DNA of 64,000 bases from Sphaerodactylus townsendi (Eukaryota), in contig NC_059427.1 of NCBI RefSeq assembly GCF_021028975.2, forward strand, positions 135,284,001 through 135,348,000, read 5' to 3'. Below are positions 34,821 through 48,444 of this stretch, piece by piece; within the stretch, counting starts at the first letter, position 1; every line of letters starts with the position of its first letter. The position numbers and the translations under genes are program-made. The notes beneath the pieces were generated by a model. It ran no database searches, was not told the DNA's origin, and was given only the letters and a program-made list of their open reading frames with translations.

Positions 34821-36915
34821 CAAACAGTGTTACTTTTTCCTTCTGTGTGTCATGCATCAAATTAGCATCAGTATCTCTTCACAGGACTAAGTCTCCAACA
34901 AGATTTACTAGTCATTTACTATGGGAGATCATGGCCCTCAATGAGCTAGGGGTGGATTCCAGCATAATTATACAAGTGGTGGCAGCTTTCCAATAACAGG
35001 TGTTCAGTGAAAGAGGCAGAGGTTCCATCCTAACACAATGCTAAGGTAGACATAAAAACAAGGTGAGAGGGGAGCCCAAAAGGATCAATGGTGGAGCAGG
35101 GGAAAGAGAAGTAACAAAAAAAATTGCAGGCACTTTCCAGGAGATTGCAGGTTGAGTGAGCTTTCTGCAGAAACAAAAGCTATGGTCAGCAATCTCTGTA
35201 GAACAGTGGTTCTTACTTTTTGTGGATCATGGACTCATTTGACAGTCTGGTGAAAGCAATGGACCTCTTTCTCAGAAAAACATCATAACTTGTCAACAGT
35301 GACAACTGTACCTTACCTAACCATGTATAGTAGCATCCATTCCACCCATACTTGTTTAGACAACAAAACCTTAACTTAATTCAATATTTTAATTTTTTTC
35401 TCCAAATTTTCAAAGCAATAAGAAAGGAACTAAAGAAACAAATAATTGTTGTGCCCAGTTTATGGACCCCCTGAATCTCATCCATAGATCCCCTAGAGTC
35501 TCATAGATCACAGGTTAAGATCCTGCGATGTAGAGGCAGGAATAAACCATGGTAATTGCACAAGGGAAGGGCAGAGCAAGGTAAAAGGATGTTGAAGCTA
35601 CTTGGGCCTAAAAAGCATATTTGCAATGAGAGAGCAGTGGCTAGAAAGCATCATGGGTGTTAGATTCAGATTAGGGCAGCAGATGAGCAATGTGTGCAGG
35701 TTTATTTCAGGATTCAATGGGGAACACTCAAACATTTCCCCCTACAAGTGAAATGTAAGCATACCAGATTGCTCCCCTCCAATGCCTCCAATGACCTTAT
35801 GTTGCATTAACAGGTAAAGAATTAAAGAGCTACAGGTGGTGGAAGTTGCTGCTGTTTCAGTACATTTATCTTCAATATATGCAAACATATAGAGTGGTTC
35901 TCTAGGTTGTAACCTGGCAACGCCAGCAAGATGTCTGATCCCTTGATGTGGAGTCCAGAATCAGCTTAAAGATATGGTTCTAGTAAACTCATATGACTAC
36001 AGAAGTAATGCAAGAGACTGTCTTGTGAGAAATATACGGGCAAATGCCAAAACTAGGTACATGTGAATTGAGTAGTTTTGATCTCCATTTAATGTCCAAA
36101 GTCATGATGAGTGACCAGAAATCCTACCTTTCCCCAAAGCACTCAAACGCAAAAGTGCTTGGTGCCAGTGAATCCAACATTGTGCGCATCTAATTACATC
36201 AAGTATTTGAACAGCAGAGGGTGTTTGTAAATCATTACTGAGAGGACCACTTTCTTTGTAAGACAAAAGAATGCACAGAAACCTGTGTATTATGAGTGAA
36301 ACAGATGCATGAGGGAGATTCAGTAAGAAAGGAAGTCTGAGATAAAGACTAATGCTAACACATGAAGAATGCAGTGCATCATCTATTCTGAAATGCCGCA
36401 GGAATCAGAGGATGGTTTATTCCGTGACTCTAGTTAGGCAAAAGGGTATAGCTGCAATGGCATGTATTATGCTGTCAAATAGCATTTGAAAGCAGCATCT
36501 CAGGACTGTAGTCTCTTGTTCAATGGATAAACATCCTCCAACTGTACATTACGGCAGGAAACAATTACAGCTATCAATGGCCATTCTCTCTTAATGAAGC
36601 ACAAAAGCATCTTCAATGAAAAAATTAGCATTCCTTTGCGGGATTATATAAACAGTTTCCCAACGTTAACTTTGATGAAACTGCTCAATGACATGGCTTG
36701 CCCCTCCTTGAGATAAAGTAGATCTAAATGAAAGAAGAAATGCACCAAGCTGAGCAAACTTCCAATAGGCTTTCAACATTTGAAAAGTTCAGCACTGTAA
36801 CCTGGCCAGATTGCCATCCTCCCAACCAGTTGCCAGAACAGCAAGATGTAGAGTTACTTGTCTGCATTCGTGCTTGCTGAAGGGTGTGGGTGGGTGCACT
36901 TGGATAAAAACCAGA

Positions 36916-37382
36916 GGCCCCTTCCACACAGCACAGGGAGAGTGGGTTGCAGGTGGGATAAAGTAACCCATTCTCCTGTTTTCCTGTTTGCATGCCTCCA
37001 TGGAGGCAGCGAACGGAGCCCGCAGAACCAATGCAGGTTGCTGTCGCACCTTCACACAGAGGCGCGCGTTTTTTGGGTTACCTTTCTCCCTCTGCTGCAT
37101 AGCTATGTGAGACCCTGCACAACAGGGAGGTGGAGCCTCAACAAACACAGGGAAATGTGGCCGATTAAAGTGCTTCCCTACCAGCCATTTGCTCATAAGC
37201 GGCTGCAACGCAAGGTAAAACAAAAGAATCGCGGATAGCACAATTCTTTAAAAAAAACGTTTCAGGGGGTTAACACAGGGCAGCCTCGCTTTAGGGGCAG
37301 AGCTATGCAAAGTCCCCCCCCACCCCCGAAACTTTTTTTCCCCATCCCCATCCTGGGTTTATTGGCCTGTGTGAAAGAGGCC
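36916..37382. mobile_element. Harbinger-like element
   Basis: GGCCCCTTCCACACAG...CTGTGTGAAAGAGGCC termini; TSD not preserved. Confidence 0.6.
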
Positions 37383-38513
37383 TAAGTCCTACCTGAACTT
37401 ATCTGGTTTGTTAATACTGTTACCGTAAGCAACCCGAATAAAAAAATTAGCAACACTCATAAGATGTATATTAATCTTCTGTCTATTCCCTAGAATCTCG
37501 CTTGTAATGTTTCAGATCCACGAAGCGTGAGGCAGCGCAACTAAAGTCAGGAAGCGGGGAGAAAGTGACTCAGCCGATATGTGCCTGACAGGGCATGTTG
37601 TCTTTATGTTCCTGCCACATGATCATCCTGACTGGCAATCATGGGCACTGCTTTCCTTCTTTTTACCAATCATTGCACCTTCTCAGTAACTTGAGGCTTT
37701 CCACTTGTGTAAAACATGAATTACCTCATTATTTAGTGCTGCACTGGATAGAGGCAGAGACCAGAGCTCCCTATTTACAAGCAAACCTCCAAACAATGAC
37801 AGCAAGCAAGACTGCAGAGACTGGGGGTGAGATGAAGAGGAAATAGAAGCAATGGCTCCTCTCCCCACAACAGACAGTAGAGGTGTGCATGGAAATTTGT
37901 TTTGGTTTTGATATTAATTTTTAACGGGACTGTTTTGTTATTGGTGGTCTCAAATGGTTTTGTTTCATAATCGTTTCTTTCATCATTGTTTTATTGTCAT
38001 AATTTGATTTAGTTATTATTTCCCATAGGTTCCCATTAGGACCCCCCCCCCCTTTCTTGGGTCTGTGCCCATATGCTTTCCCATCCAAACTGGACACATA
38101 TCCAAATTTCAGACAGAATAAAGAGGTCTGTTTGCTGAGACATTAAAAGTTTATGAGAGAACGGACAGCAATGCAGACAGCAATGTAGCCACTGAGCTTG
38201 GAGAACAGTATTATGAGGAAAAGGTGGACTGACAAGACAAGGGCATGTGGAGGCACATGAAGGGTAAAGCAACTGGGTAGACAGTCAGAAGCAGGAAAAC
38301 CTTCAAGTAGATTTTCTTGGATGCATGTGGAGAGAAGTCAAGAAGTAGGATGCAAACTTTAAGGGAAAATCCGGCACAGGAAGATAGATATTGAGAGGAG
38401 ATATGAAAGCTAATAGTTCACACATATGTGATCATAGTGCCTACAGCTTGCAATTAATCAAGTAAGCTCAGACTTTTTCTTTTCTTTTCTGTCCCTGACA
38501 CTGCACTCTCTCT

Positions 38514-38653
38514 GGCCCCTTCTGCACATGCAGAATAATGCACTTTCAATCCACTTTCACAATTGTTTGCAAGTGGATTTTGCTATTCCACACAGTAAAA
38601 TTCAGCTGTAAAGTGGATTGAAAGTGCATTATTCTGCATGTCCAGAAGGGGCC
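38514..38653. mobile_element. PIF/Harbinger palindromic MITE
   Basis: Inverted arms of about 45 bp (GGCCCCTTCTGCACATGCAGAATAATGCACTTTCAATCCACTTT) and 3-bp TSD TCT. Confidence 0.88.
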
Positions 38654-41600
38654 TCTGTGCTTCATTAGGAAAATGCTGGCTGCCTTGTAAAAGGGAAACC
38701 AATAAAGGCAGAAACTGCAATAACAAAGGAAACCAGAATGAAATGAAAGACAATAATGTGTTTTCTTCCCATTATAGGCTATTAGCTGGGGAATTATTTT
38801 TATATTAATTATGGAACGCTTCATTTTTCCATATAATTATGGAACACTTCATTTTTGTAATTATCATAACTTATAATTAAAATGGCATTCGTTTAATAGT
38901 TAGCTTTCCCACTTTGCTACCATGGTAAGAATTTAGAGGTAGGGGCTAACCATCATCACGTGTGCACTGTTGCACATCTAACAATAAAAAGTAGTGACAA
39001 GAAAGCTCTTCGCCTCTAGGGTACAGAGGGATAACAGAGTGAGGCCAATATTGTGGAGGAACCTTTGGCAATTTACTGAAGCACAGCTAGGCTCAAAAAT
39101 TACAACTCAAGGGCCTGCTTGTTAGAAAAGATGGTTGGCTATAACTGCTCAAGATATTTGATCAAAAAAGCGTTAATCAGATGAAAGGGAAGGGAAGTGG
39201 TGGTTGGTTAGGAGCAATAAAAATTAGCTCAACCCACTCTTTTCATAACATAGGTAACTGTTGTTTGTTGTTGGTTATCAAGGATGCTAAATCTTGTCCA
39301 AAGGACATAACAGCTTTTTTTCTCTGAAATAAATGTTCAAACCATAACAATTGGCCTTATATTTATAAACTCTTGGAACAGTGATAGAGTCTTACATTTC
39401 ACATACTAATAATGGGGAATGCCCCTATACAGAGCCCAAAAGGAACTTGGAATATAAAATGCATTTGCCTGGATTCATGTTTGGAGACACTGATGCCTTC
39501 TCTGAAATATTTCTGGTAGCATGCTTATAAGCCTACTCAATAAAAATGAAGAATTAAGTCCCTTAAAAAGTCAAAAACATTTGCGGTGCCAATTGTGTCT
39601 ACCTTGGTAGATTCCTAGTCACAAAATGAACCAAATGCCTTACAAAAGGCATCATATAATAAATACAAGCTTTACAAGACTAATGAAGCCTCTTCTTTTG
39701 TTTGTCTCGTGGAGTCCACCAGTGTTTCTAGTAAAAGTTCTTATATCTTGAATCATTCTCTGGGGGGTAGGACCAACACAACAGCTTTCTATTTCTGCCT
39801 TGTTTGAAGTTCTAGCAAATGCAAATAGTCAAGGAAGGAAGAAGGAAGGAATGCAAAGTACCTAGAACCTTTTTGCACTTCTGTTCCATGAAAGAGAAAG
39901 GAACATTAAGTAGAATGAGGTACCTAAACTTCAGGCTACATAGCTTAATCTTCGACAGAATTTCCAATTCAGTTGTAGAATGCAGCAGTACTGGCAGGTG
40001 TGTGTTTACTTCCACAATGGAAAACAATTGAGTACATGAGATCATTTTTCTCAACTATAAGAAATGCAAGAACAAGACGCTTTTTCTGTTTGAAGCTCAT
40101 TGTTTATATGGCTCTTTCCCTGAACAATAATACAAGTTGGATTTCCAGTTAACTTGCTGCTTTTCCTTCCTTTCCTAGAGACTCTTTTGTGGTGCTTTTC
40201 CTTCCAGGTGGCAAAATTCTGTTCTTGCATTTTGATTCCAAACTTATTAGTTGTATGTAAAGTCCCAGGTTGTTTGCTACTCCAGGACAAGATTCATAGG
40301 CACTCGAGGCTCTCTTCTGGGCTGATCTGCTTTGTGGTATGGAAGGTATTTTCCCTCATTTCCCCCCCTGCACGATGTGGCTTCGACCAAAAGACTTGCA
40401 AAATAAAAAGGCTACCCCTCTGCTTCTGGGCACAACCCAACATGCTGGTTCTTACATTAGTGTACAGAACAGCTTGTGACCACCTCCTCCTCTATTGCCC
40501 AGGCCGCCAGTTCAGATCTGCATCTTAAGCCTTATCTCTTCCCTTCAGAGGTGAGGGAGCTGCTAACAAGAGACAAGGGTGAGGTACTCTTTCTGTTACA
40601 GCACCTTGTCTTTGGAATGCCTTTGTTCCTTGAGGATCACCTGGTACCAGTACACTAGTCTGGTAGATACCAAGTTATTTACCCAGGCTTTTAATTAAGG
40701 TGGTTTTTTTATCTTTACAGTTGTTTAATGGTCTGCTTCTGGTCTGAGGTATGTTTTATGGGCAGTTTCGTTCCATTTTGGGTATTGTTTTAATGACTTG
40801 TTTGAAAATGCTTCTTGTTTAAATACTGGTACAGTAGTTTACTATTTTAATTGTAAGCTGCCCCAATCAGCACTCTGGAGAGGTCCCATAGACATTTATT
40901 AAATAAATGAATAAAACAAATAAACAGGCTTTTTGTCTATTTCCATGAGTAGATAGTATAGCCACACCTGAAGAAGGAAAAGCCTTCAATTCATAATAGT
41001 AAATTTGAAAAGGACATTTTTGCAGGCATGGCTTGTAGTTAGAATTGCCACCTCCAGGTTGGGAAATTCCTGGAGATTTGGGGTGCTGAGCCTAGGGATG
41101 GGGAAGTTCGAAGAGGAAAGGGAGCTCAACAGGGATGTGATGTCATAGAGTCCACCCACTGAAGCTGCCATTTCCTCAAGGGGGAACTGACCTCTGTAGT
41201 CTGGAGATCAGTTGTTATTCCAGGCCCTACCTGGAGGTTGGCAACAAAACTTGTACTAAAGGAGTGAGGAAAACAGCAGCTGCTGAAATGCTGTCTTTTG
41301 TACAGTCAGAAAAGATACATGAATCCCATCCTCCTTTGCATCAGATTATCCTACAGGAAATACATAAGGGATTTGCTGCCTTCAGACATTTGGGAGCTCT
41401 GTATGCCCATGGGAATCACTGAACTCTAGAACGGGCCAATTCATAAAAGGCGAATCCAGATTTTGAAAAATCATTTTGTCAAATGGATTTCTGATCGGGT
41501 TCACAGATAAAGAAAGAGATGTCATAGAGTCCACCCACAGGGACAGATAACAGATAACAGGCAGGGACAGATAACAGGAATGCCGAGATGTGTCAACTAA

Positions 41601-42250
41601 ATTCGTGCAGAAACCAAACAATCTCTTGTGAAAACTAGAGCCCGGATAATCACTATCAAATCATTCCAACCAATGAGTCTCCTGTCTTCGGTGTTAGAAG
41701 ATACCTACCAATCCAACTGGCAGTTAAAAATTCTTCACATTATCAGATCCATTGGAATGGACCTTGACCTCTTCATTCAATCTGACCAGCCTAGTCTATT
41801 AAGGACAATAACGTAAAGAATTTGTGATAATGAGATAGCAGCATTATTCCCGTATGAATAAAAAATTTGTTCCCCCCAATGTTTAGATATCAATTTTTCT
41901 TGGGCCAAGAGGTAAAACCCTTTCAGCCCAGTCCAAATTGGGGGGGGGGGGGGGCATAATCAGTCACAGGAGCTGGTGGAAGCCGTGACAGCGCATTTGC
42001 CTTCTCCACCACTGCAAAGAGCTCTCATGCCAATGGAGGGGCCAGAGACACCAGCAGCCGGCCACCCCAGTCTTGCCACAACAAAAGCTCGATGTCCCAG
42101 CCATGCCAGTGGGTGGGTGAGTGTGGGGAGAGCTAGTCAGAGTCGATATTAGTTGACTTCCACCCTGGATTTGCAGCCAGTTGCGATGCAGCTCAAGCCC
42201 TGTACATAAGTCACTCTTTTGAGTGGCATAAGTTCATTGGCCCTATGGAG

Positions 42251-43791
42251 TTAGTCAGTCAGTTTTATTACGGCCATTAGGCCAGCAAAAAAGAATAGAG
42301 AAGAACAAGAAAGAGGAAGAACAATAAACAAAAGAAAAAACTGAATTTGTACAGAAATCCACACAAAGAATATAATCAGCTTGTAGCATTATTACGGTCA
42401 CCCTCATGTGGTCTGGCTCTTGGTCCCAACATGATTCTTCTCTTACTATATGCCACCATACAAAATTTAGCTACCTGCTGAGATATAAGAGAAACTCGGT
42501 CTTCCAGCAAAATTCTCACAAGAACTGAATCGGGATTAACTCTAGTTAAATTTCTGTACTGGATAAACAATGGATGAATTAAAGCCTCCCTTTCCCCTTT
42601 ATGGAGTTCACAATGCAATAAAATATGTAATACAGAGTCCACTTCCTGAGTTCTGCAAACACATAGTCTCCTATGTCGTGGAATTTTTTTGAGAATCTGC
42701 CCATTAGGATTGGCTGGATGGAAAAGCATCAAAAGCGGGCCCTGGAAAAGGCCCCAGTGGCATTCAGTAGATGTTATATATTGGACAGGTAAGGGGCAGC
42801 CGAGATACCTGTCCAAGATTCTTTTAATAGGTTTATATAACACCGGGTAACAAGGGGAAATCTGTTTTGCATTTCAAATGTCATTGAGCCGCTGATAGAT
42901 CTAAAGGCTGTTGCTCTGCAATGATCCAGTTCCAATAGTTGTACAGGATCCAAAGCTGCTACACGGTGTAAGTTTAAGTGTTATTTTTTTTCTAGCCAGC
43001 TTGGATATGGATTGTTGCTGCCAGTAGCAAAGGCAATAAGCCCATGGGGTGGAGAAAGGACTTTAAGCCAGCATTGTTGATAATAGAAGCTAGCCTCCAA
43101 AAGGTTGTCTCCGGGAATTTTTAACCAACCCCTGCTTCTTGTCTTAGAACTACATTAGCTGTACATTTAGGAGTGTTAAAAAGAGCTCTAAGGAATGTGG
43201 ACAGGACTCTCTCTAATAGAGTGAAATCCGAAATTATTGCCAATGGGGCTCCATAGGTGAGTTGTGCCAGGGATTTAGCTTCAAATAATCTAATTGCCTC
43301 TGGAATAAATCCCCCCCCCTTGTGGGACTGTAAAAAATATCTTAGGATTGCCTGTGAACTCCTTTGTGCTGTGTGTATGGCTGTTTGTATATGGGCTGAG
43401 GGTTTTCCGTTGTACTGGAAAACCACACCTAGGTATTTGAAACACTTTATGTGTTCAATCTGATGACCTAACAACTGCCATTTCAGTTTCTTAAATTTGG
43501 CATTAAAATGCACTATCTTGGTCTTTGCGTAGTTGATACTTAGCTGTTCCTCTGTGCATATCTGAGCAAATATCTTCAGCTCTCTTTTTAGCCCCACTTT
43601 CGTCAATGATAATACAACAGCATCATCGGCATACATGAGAATGGCTATACTCTTATCAGCGGTAAGGATAGGTGCATGAGTATCTTTCTTATGAAACCCT
43701 GTTATTAATGTGTTAACATAAAAGTTAAACAAATGGGGTGGTAGAAGGCACCCTTGCCTTACACCTTTCTGAGTAGAGATGGGCGCCGTTA
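42251..43791 (-). mobile_element. 5'-truncated non-LTR retrotransposon (RTE-X-like) with RT and C-terminal CCHC, inserted into a MITE spanning about 41925-43935
   Basis: GVRQGCLLPPHLFNFYVN...ILMYADDAV...FKYLGV RT motifs, RLCVC...HILLHC knuckle, AATAAA plus (CTGA)n tail, and a perfect 12-bp TSD GGCCCTATGGAG (42239-42250, 43792-43803). Clade assignment tentative. Confidence 0.88.
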
Positions 43792-44018
43792 GGCCCTATG
43801 GAGGGTTTTCTGGCAGCAGAGAAGGTTTTAGGTCTTTCCTCCCTCCCCATAACTCCGGAAAGCTTGTTGGAGGTGATGCTGCACTGCCTTCACCATGTCA
43901 CCTCCAGCCACTGCAGTTTAGTCCAGGGATTTGGATTGCGCTGTTTGGTCTACATATTCTGCAGCATATTTAACAGACTAAATTAGATTAAGTGGTGATA
44001 AATTTTAAAGCACTGTCT

Positions 44019-44212
44019 AAGAAGAAAAGTTGGTTTTTATACCCCGCTTTTCTCTGTCCACCTCCCCCTAACAGTTGGGGCTGAGAGAGTTCTGAGAGAA
44101 CTGTGACTAGCCCAAGGTCACCCAGCAGGTTTCATGTAGAAGAGTGGGGAATCAAACCCAGTTCTTCAGATTAGAGTCCGCTGGTCTTAACCACTATAAC
44201 ACACTGACTCTC
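44019..44212 (-). mobile_element. Squam3-like SINE, internally deleted
   Basis: CTGTGACTAGCCCAAGGTCACCCAGC...GGGAATCAAACCC...CTTAACCACTA. Confidence 0.8.
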
Positions 44213-45869
44213 TAAGACTTCCAGGTGGAAGAAAGAAAAAGACTAGTCTCCACTGAGAGATTTCTTCCGCATCAAATGTCCCCTCAAAATGTCCAAGAGC
44301 AGAAGAAAGATGAGGTAGTCCTTAAACCAACAAAGATAGAGACTAGCTTTAGCACATTAGGTAAGGAATGAACTGAAGTCACACTAATTTTTTCCTACTG
44401 TGTACAGAGAAAGAAATCCCCAATAGCAAAATCGTATCCCACTTTCTTCCAACAGAAGACTCTTTCTCCTTAAGGTTAGAACTGGTATTTCCAAAAACAC
44501 TATGTTACAGTGTTGCTCATATGCATCATACCTTGGTTGTATGCCACTCATATGAAACAACTGGGGTGATTAAATTTATTTATTTTATTTATATATTTAT
44601 ATCTTGCTCCTGAGCCAGCCAAAAAAATAATTAAAAACAACGTAAATAATTGGTTCTTAAAATCTCATGGACCTCAGAGCAAAGCAAAACATTTGACAGC
44701 TCAAAACATTAAAACCAAACAGAACAGCTCAAAACATTGAAGCAACAACAAATTGCAGCCATTAAATTTGCAAATCACAAGATTAAAACAGCAGACTAGC
44801 CAGATAAAAGAATGTTCTAGTTTTTCAGAGAGGTGGGGTAGGAGGAAGAAGATTTCTAGAAAGCCAGGGCAATATATAAGTCTTCATTCAGCACCAGAAA
44901 TATAACAAGCCCATTAGCACTAGACGGGCATCCACATGGCAGAAACTTTATGTGCAATTCGGGGTGAAGGGGAACTGAAGCTGCACTGTAAGTGATGGAA
45001 GGGTTGCGCCAGCACACATGCCACCAAAACCTTGCAAAGTGGCATGGATGCTGGCATGCAAGAACTCAGCTTGGCTGCCAGCCACTGTGGTGCCCAAACC
45101 TGGAAGTACAACCCTGTGGCAGCATGCCCCCATGGTAAAAGCCTCCGTTGGCATGGAGAGGGGCGTTCTTGGGGCATTCCCAGGACAGACTTTTGACTTG
45201 GGGACACCCCCTTTACCCCTAATCTCAGGTACTAAATTATACCGATTTTTTTGTTTTTGTTTGCAACAATTTTTAATTAATTAAAATAGACACATAAGTA
45301 TATATATATGTCCAATATAATATTAAAAATCAAATCCTAACAATAAAAAATCCTCTATAATAACTTGTTAAAGACTCCCTTATAGTTTCCAAGAGATACG
45401 TTGCCAAAGTTTTTCCAAATAATATTGTTACCATTATTCATAATAAACAATCTTATATGTCCATCTCAAAGTGTCTTGACATTCATATCATTTAACTCTC
45501 ATGGGTATTTATATTGATGGAGAGGCAAGAAAAAACATTCTATTGATCTTAATAACAAACAGCAAAACAACCCGTCTGGGATGTAGGTAACATTAATTAA
45601 CCCAAAAAAGAGAAAGAAAAGGAAAAAAGTATATATAAAATTAAAATTGCTTTTATTCAGCTCGTTAAATTCTTATCTCAAAAGAAAACCTGTATCTATT
45701 TTATATGACTTAGAATTCATTGGTGCTGGCAAACATTTTAAATTTCTCTTATGTCCCTTTTTTTTAGGTATTCATCAAATGTTTTCCATGTTGCCTCATA
45801 GCGTGACATGGGGAGATCCTTCTGAACTTTTTCTGGGTGCAAATCCCTAGTTGTAGCAAAATTATACAA

Positions 45870-46032
45870 GAACCTTGTGCCACCTTAAATGCTAACAAAT
45901 CTTTCCTCCAGTACAAGTGTTTGTAGACTAGAGAGGCCCCTTCTTCAGGTCTGCTCATTGCATCTGAAGAAGTGGTCTGTAGTCCACAAAAGGTTATGCT
46001 AGAATAAAATGTTGTCTTGAAGGTACCACCAT
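45870..46032. mobile_element. Second Penelope-like family, inverted terminal fragments with a degenerate hammerhead core
   Basis: GCAT-CTGAAGA-A-GTGG...CCAC-AAAA-GGTT-ATGC followed by AATAAAATGTTGTCTTGAAGGTACCAC, with an inverted partner upstream. Confidence 0.6.
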
Positions 46033-47690
46033 TTCCTGTTTTATCATCTCATTCAAGGGGAAGAACTTTGTGGTTTCAAAGAGGCTGGGTTCAGTTGCTT
46101 TCAAGTTTTGGAAGATACAGACTTGATACCTTTTACCATATCTGAAAGTTTCTTATAAACTTTCAATGATATGTATATTTCATTTTTCCTTTAACAAACC
46201 ATTTAATTAAAAAATCAAATTCTGTGACTTCAGAATCTTTCACACTCCAAGTTATATTCAGGCTCATGTTATAAACGCTTTCTCCTATTTATGCCTAGGG
46301 TTCTTTTCCTCCTTATTTAGGATTACTTTTTTAAGTGTCCTATTGCCTGAAGAATCTGAGAAAGATGCTGTGGAAACCAGAAAATTAATATAATAACATA
46401 GCTAAGGTTATATATCTGATCTTTGAGCAAAAGGACTCTATTTGTGTTCAAAAGCCTGCTTTCTTCACAATGTAAAACTGCCATGGATGGGGAAAGGCAA
46501 ATCCCTTTCTCATGAGGAACCACCATGGTGCCTGATGGAAAATGAACAGTATGGCTTTTGCCTGTCCAACAGTAATCTTCATTTGATGAGTTTTCAGAGC
46601 TCTTTAAATGTAGAACTCCCAAATTCAACCAAAAAGAGAAGAAATGGCGAGAAGCAGGGACCCCTACTAGGAAGCCAAGGGCAGCCTGGGCCCCCAGAGA
46701 GAAGTAAACCCCAAAGAGATCTCACCTGTGGGGCAGGTGAGGCCAACACACTGATGGCTGGACAGGGTGGGGGGGGGGGGCGGGCTGGTGTTTGTAACCG
46801 CAGTCTGGGGTTGGAGCATTCTGTTGAGCCGAAAGAGATGGACCCTGAGCAATGACTGCAAATCCAGTTGTTGGGCCACATTTTTAAGATGGTGGTATGA
46901 AGAAATGAAAGGTGTCCGGTAGTGGAGGAACATAACAAGATGGGAGAGACTATGTGAACTTGTGGAAGAGAGCTTAATTGCCCAAGGTGAAGAAAACACT
47001 GGTTGTGTTTTATGTGTTGCAGACGTCAAAAAAAAAAAAACTGTACTGAAGTCACTGCCTTGGAGCTATCCTTTAGGAAATGGAACTTCACCCTCTACCC
47101 AGCTTGGTCACACTGACCCCAGCCCTAGTCACATTTGGAATTGGCCGTAAGCTTCACTGGGTTCTTTTAGACCACTTGTTTACTTTCAGCCTAACTTACT
47201 GCATCAGACCATTGCAAGGAAAAATTGGAGTCAGGTGGCTGGCCAATTTATGCTACCCTGGGGAAGGAGAAGGATACAATTGTGACAGAGCAGATCTCCA
47301 CCCCAGTTTCCAGCAGACCTGCAACCAGCATCTTGAAGCAGATATACGGTTATGTTCATGATATGAACAGCTAATCTAGAAAGACAGACTCCAAGCAGCA
47401 TACAAAGGTGAACCTGGATGGCTGTCACATGATCAGAGATCCTGTCCCAGAGGCAAGCTGAACATACTATTTGCTCTGGAGCCAGAAAATCTTTTCAGTA
47501 ATTCTGGACTAACTGACTATCCATATAGCATCACCATGTCTATTTCTGCATCTGAGTCAGAAATGTGATCTCAGCTCAGGTCTGAGGGAATCAGCAACTA
47601 GTGTTGCTGAAGCTTTGGATAAAGCCATGGGGTGAGATCATCTAGAGCTTAGGAGCTGGATGTCATCAATACGCTGATGACACCCAGTCA

Positions 47691-48444
47691 GGGCAAATCC
47701 TCACTGAAAAAATAAACTTGTTTCCCCCTGGTTCAATAAGATACAGCACCTTTTTATTGTGGTTTCTCCCTCCCCACCGCAGCGTGAGTCTATAGAGGGG
47801 TTCGAAGTTAATCCCGGTATCAAACAATGCAAATTTGTTACAAATCCACAATCTGCTCTGCAGTTCTTTTGTTCTTTGTTCTGATTGGCTGTTGTGTTGT
47901 GGCGGGAACAATACCCCTACCCTTTGCTTGTTTTTTAAAAAATTACGCAGGTAGTCTTTTTTACCTCATGCCAGCCATGGCGACTCCCGTCATTGCTACG
48001 AATGTGCACGCTTGCTCCCCCTCTCTTTGCAGGAGTGTNNNNNNNNNNNNNNNNNNNNNNNNNNNNNNNNNNNNNNNNNNNNNNNNNNNNNNNNNNNNNN
48101 NNNNNNNNNNNNNNNNNNNNNNNNNNNNNNNNNNNNNNNNNNNNNNNNNNNNNNNNNNNNNNNNNNNCAGCCCACTGTGCTCTGATTGGCTGGAATGTTT
48201 CACATCATTCCCTAGGGCAGGAAAAATAAACCGATTGTTTTCCCTGTGTCTCCCCATCAATCCGGCCTTGGCCTGTGTTTTTCAAAAAGTTGCACCTTCC
48301 TGCCAGTTTTTTAAAAAAATGCGGGATGAGGGGGAGAGCACTTGCTGCGGTGGGGATGGAGCCGAGTTAGGCACTGAGGCCAGGGGGACTCCTTGCCCCA
48401 GCCGGGATTTTAATCATGTCACGGGATTTTGGGGGGAATCGCCC
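47691..48444. mobile_element. Harbinger-like element spanning the assembly gap, inserted next to an L2 RT remnant (CHQYADDTQ at about 47661-47687)
   Basis: GGGCAAATCCTCAC / GGGGGAATCGCCC termini with TCA / TGA flanks, and internal repeated TCTGATTGGCT. Confidence 0.6.
48039..48167. other. Assembly gap (N run)
   Basis: 129 consecutive N. Confidence 1.
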
